This document shows, in pieces, positions 63,436-64,000 of a stretch of 64,000 nucleotides of DNA. The stretch comes from Elusimicrobium minutum (GTDB taxonomy: Bacteria > Elusimicrobiota > Elusimicrobia > Elusimicrobiales > UBA9959), in NCBI GenBank assembly GCA_020723765.1, contig DYIF01000010.1, positions 750 to 64,749 of the forward strand. The letters are read 5' to 3'. The notes under the pieces were generated by a model. That model did no database searches. It was not told the origin of the DNA and saw nothing but the letters and a program-made list of their open reading frames with translations. Each line of letters begins with the position of its first letter. Within the stretch, counting starts at the first letter, position 1. The position numbers and the translations under genes were made by a program.

Positions 63436-64000
63436 TGAAACTATGCGCAAAATGCCAAAAAAACTCCGTTTTCGAGTCGAAAGAAACCGCTTTATGCAAG
63501 GGACATTTTAACGAATACATATTCGGAAAAGCCTCTAAAGTTTTAAAAAAATACGCCGACAAAAAATCTAAAATTCTTTTAGCTTTATCCGGCGGAAAGG
63601 ATTCGGTTTGTTGTTTTTATATTCTTTCAAGATTGGGCTATGATTTTACGCCGGTTTATCTGGATTTCAATTTTAATGAAAAAAACTTAAGATTTATTAA
63701 AAAACTTTCGGATAAATTTAAAAAGGAAATAATTATTTTAAAATCTTCAGATTACGGGATAGAGATAAAAAAAATAATGGATAAAAAATCGGGATCCAAC
63801 CCGTGCGTCATATGTTCTACCGCAAGAAGATATATATTAAACGACTATGGGGTTAAAAACAATTTCGAAATGATATCTACGGGACATAATCTTACCGACG
63901 CCATAAATCAAGCGCTAAATAACATGAAAAACAATTTTCTTTTGGGTTTTAAAAATATAACTCCTTTTTTAAAACCTCAAAAAGAAAAAAAACTTTTAGG
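63435..64000 (+). CDS. TtuA/TtcA-like tRNA thiolation PP-loop ATPase, 3'-partial (not in the ORF track)
   Basis: Own translation: MKLCAKC...LCKGHF (zinc finger), LALSGGKDS (PP-loop), PCVICSTARRY, STGHNLTD; frame runs off the window end. Confidence 0.85.
   Translation, partial: MKLCAKCQKNSVFESKETALCKGHFNEYIFGKASKVLKKYADKKSKILLALSGGKDSVCCFYILSRLGYDFTPVYLDFNFNEKNLRFIKKLSDKFKKEIIILKSSDYGIEIKKIMDKKSGSNPCVICSTARRYILNDYGVKNNFEMISTGHNLTDAINQALNNMKNNFLLGFKNITPFLKPQKEKKLL

Overview
AT-rich, densely packed bacterial chromosome segment from a Gram-negative, LPS-producing organism. Gene content (PilE-type pilins, PilM-PilN fusion, FlgD/T9SS-like C-terminal domain, fibre-like repeat protein) suggests Elusimicrobiota, but this is inference. 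In order: a partial amino-acid permease; tRNA-Thr(CGT); two O-antigen-ligase/O-OTase-TPR paralogues and an OmpA-like protein ahead of a type IV pilus/T2SS-like operon (pilMN fusion, pilO, pilP-like, secretin, pilB, pilC, four pilins); uvrA and nadB; a Kdo/heptose/lipid A and LPS transport block (lptA-like, lptB, lptC, kdsD/A/B, pyrG, heptose kinase, waaF-like, lpxK, gmhB, waaA) interrupted by a ~1456-aa fibre-like repeat protein; the yebC-ruvCAB-spoIID-queA-tgt-yajC-secDF operon; tRNA-Arg(TCG); glycosyltransferases; yceD-rpmF-plsX-fabG-acpP-rnc; an acyl-CoA dehydrogenase; and a partial TtuA-like gene. No integrase, transposase or CRISPR array was seen. The strongest finding is a 143-144 bp GC-rich structured non-coding element directly behind both tRNA genes, 53 kb apart. 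Each copy is flanked by a duplication of its own tRNA's 3' end starting at T-loop G57. The copies share a co-varying multi-hairpin fold, and each carries a 10-11 nt segment that is the exact reverse complement of its own host tRNA's T-loop/T-stem. Several genes also look leaderless (-10 box 6-7 nt before the ATG).
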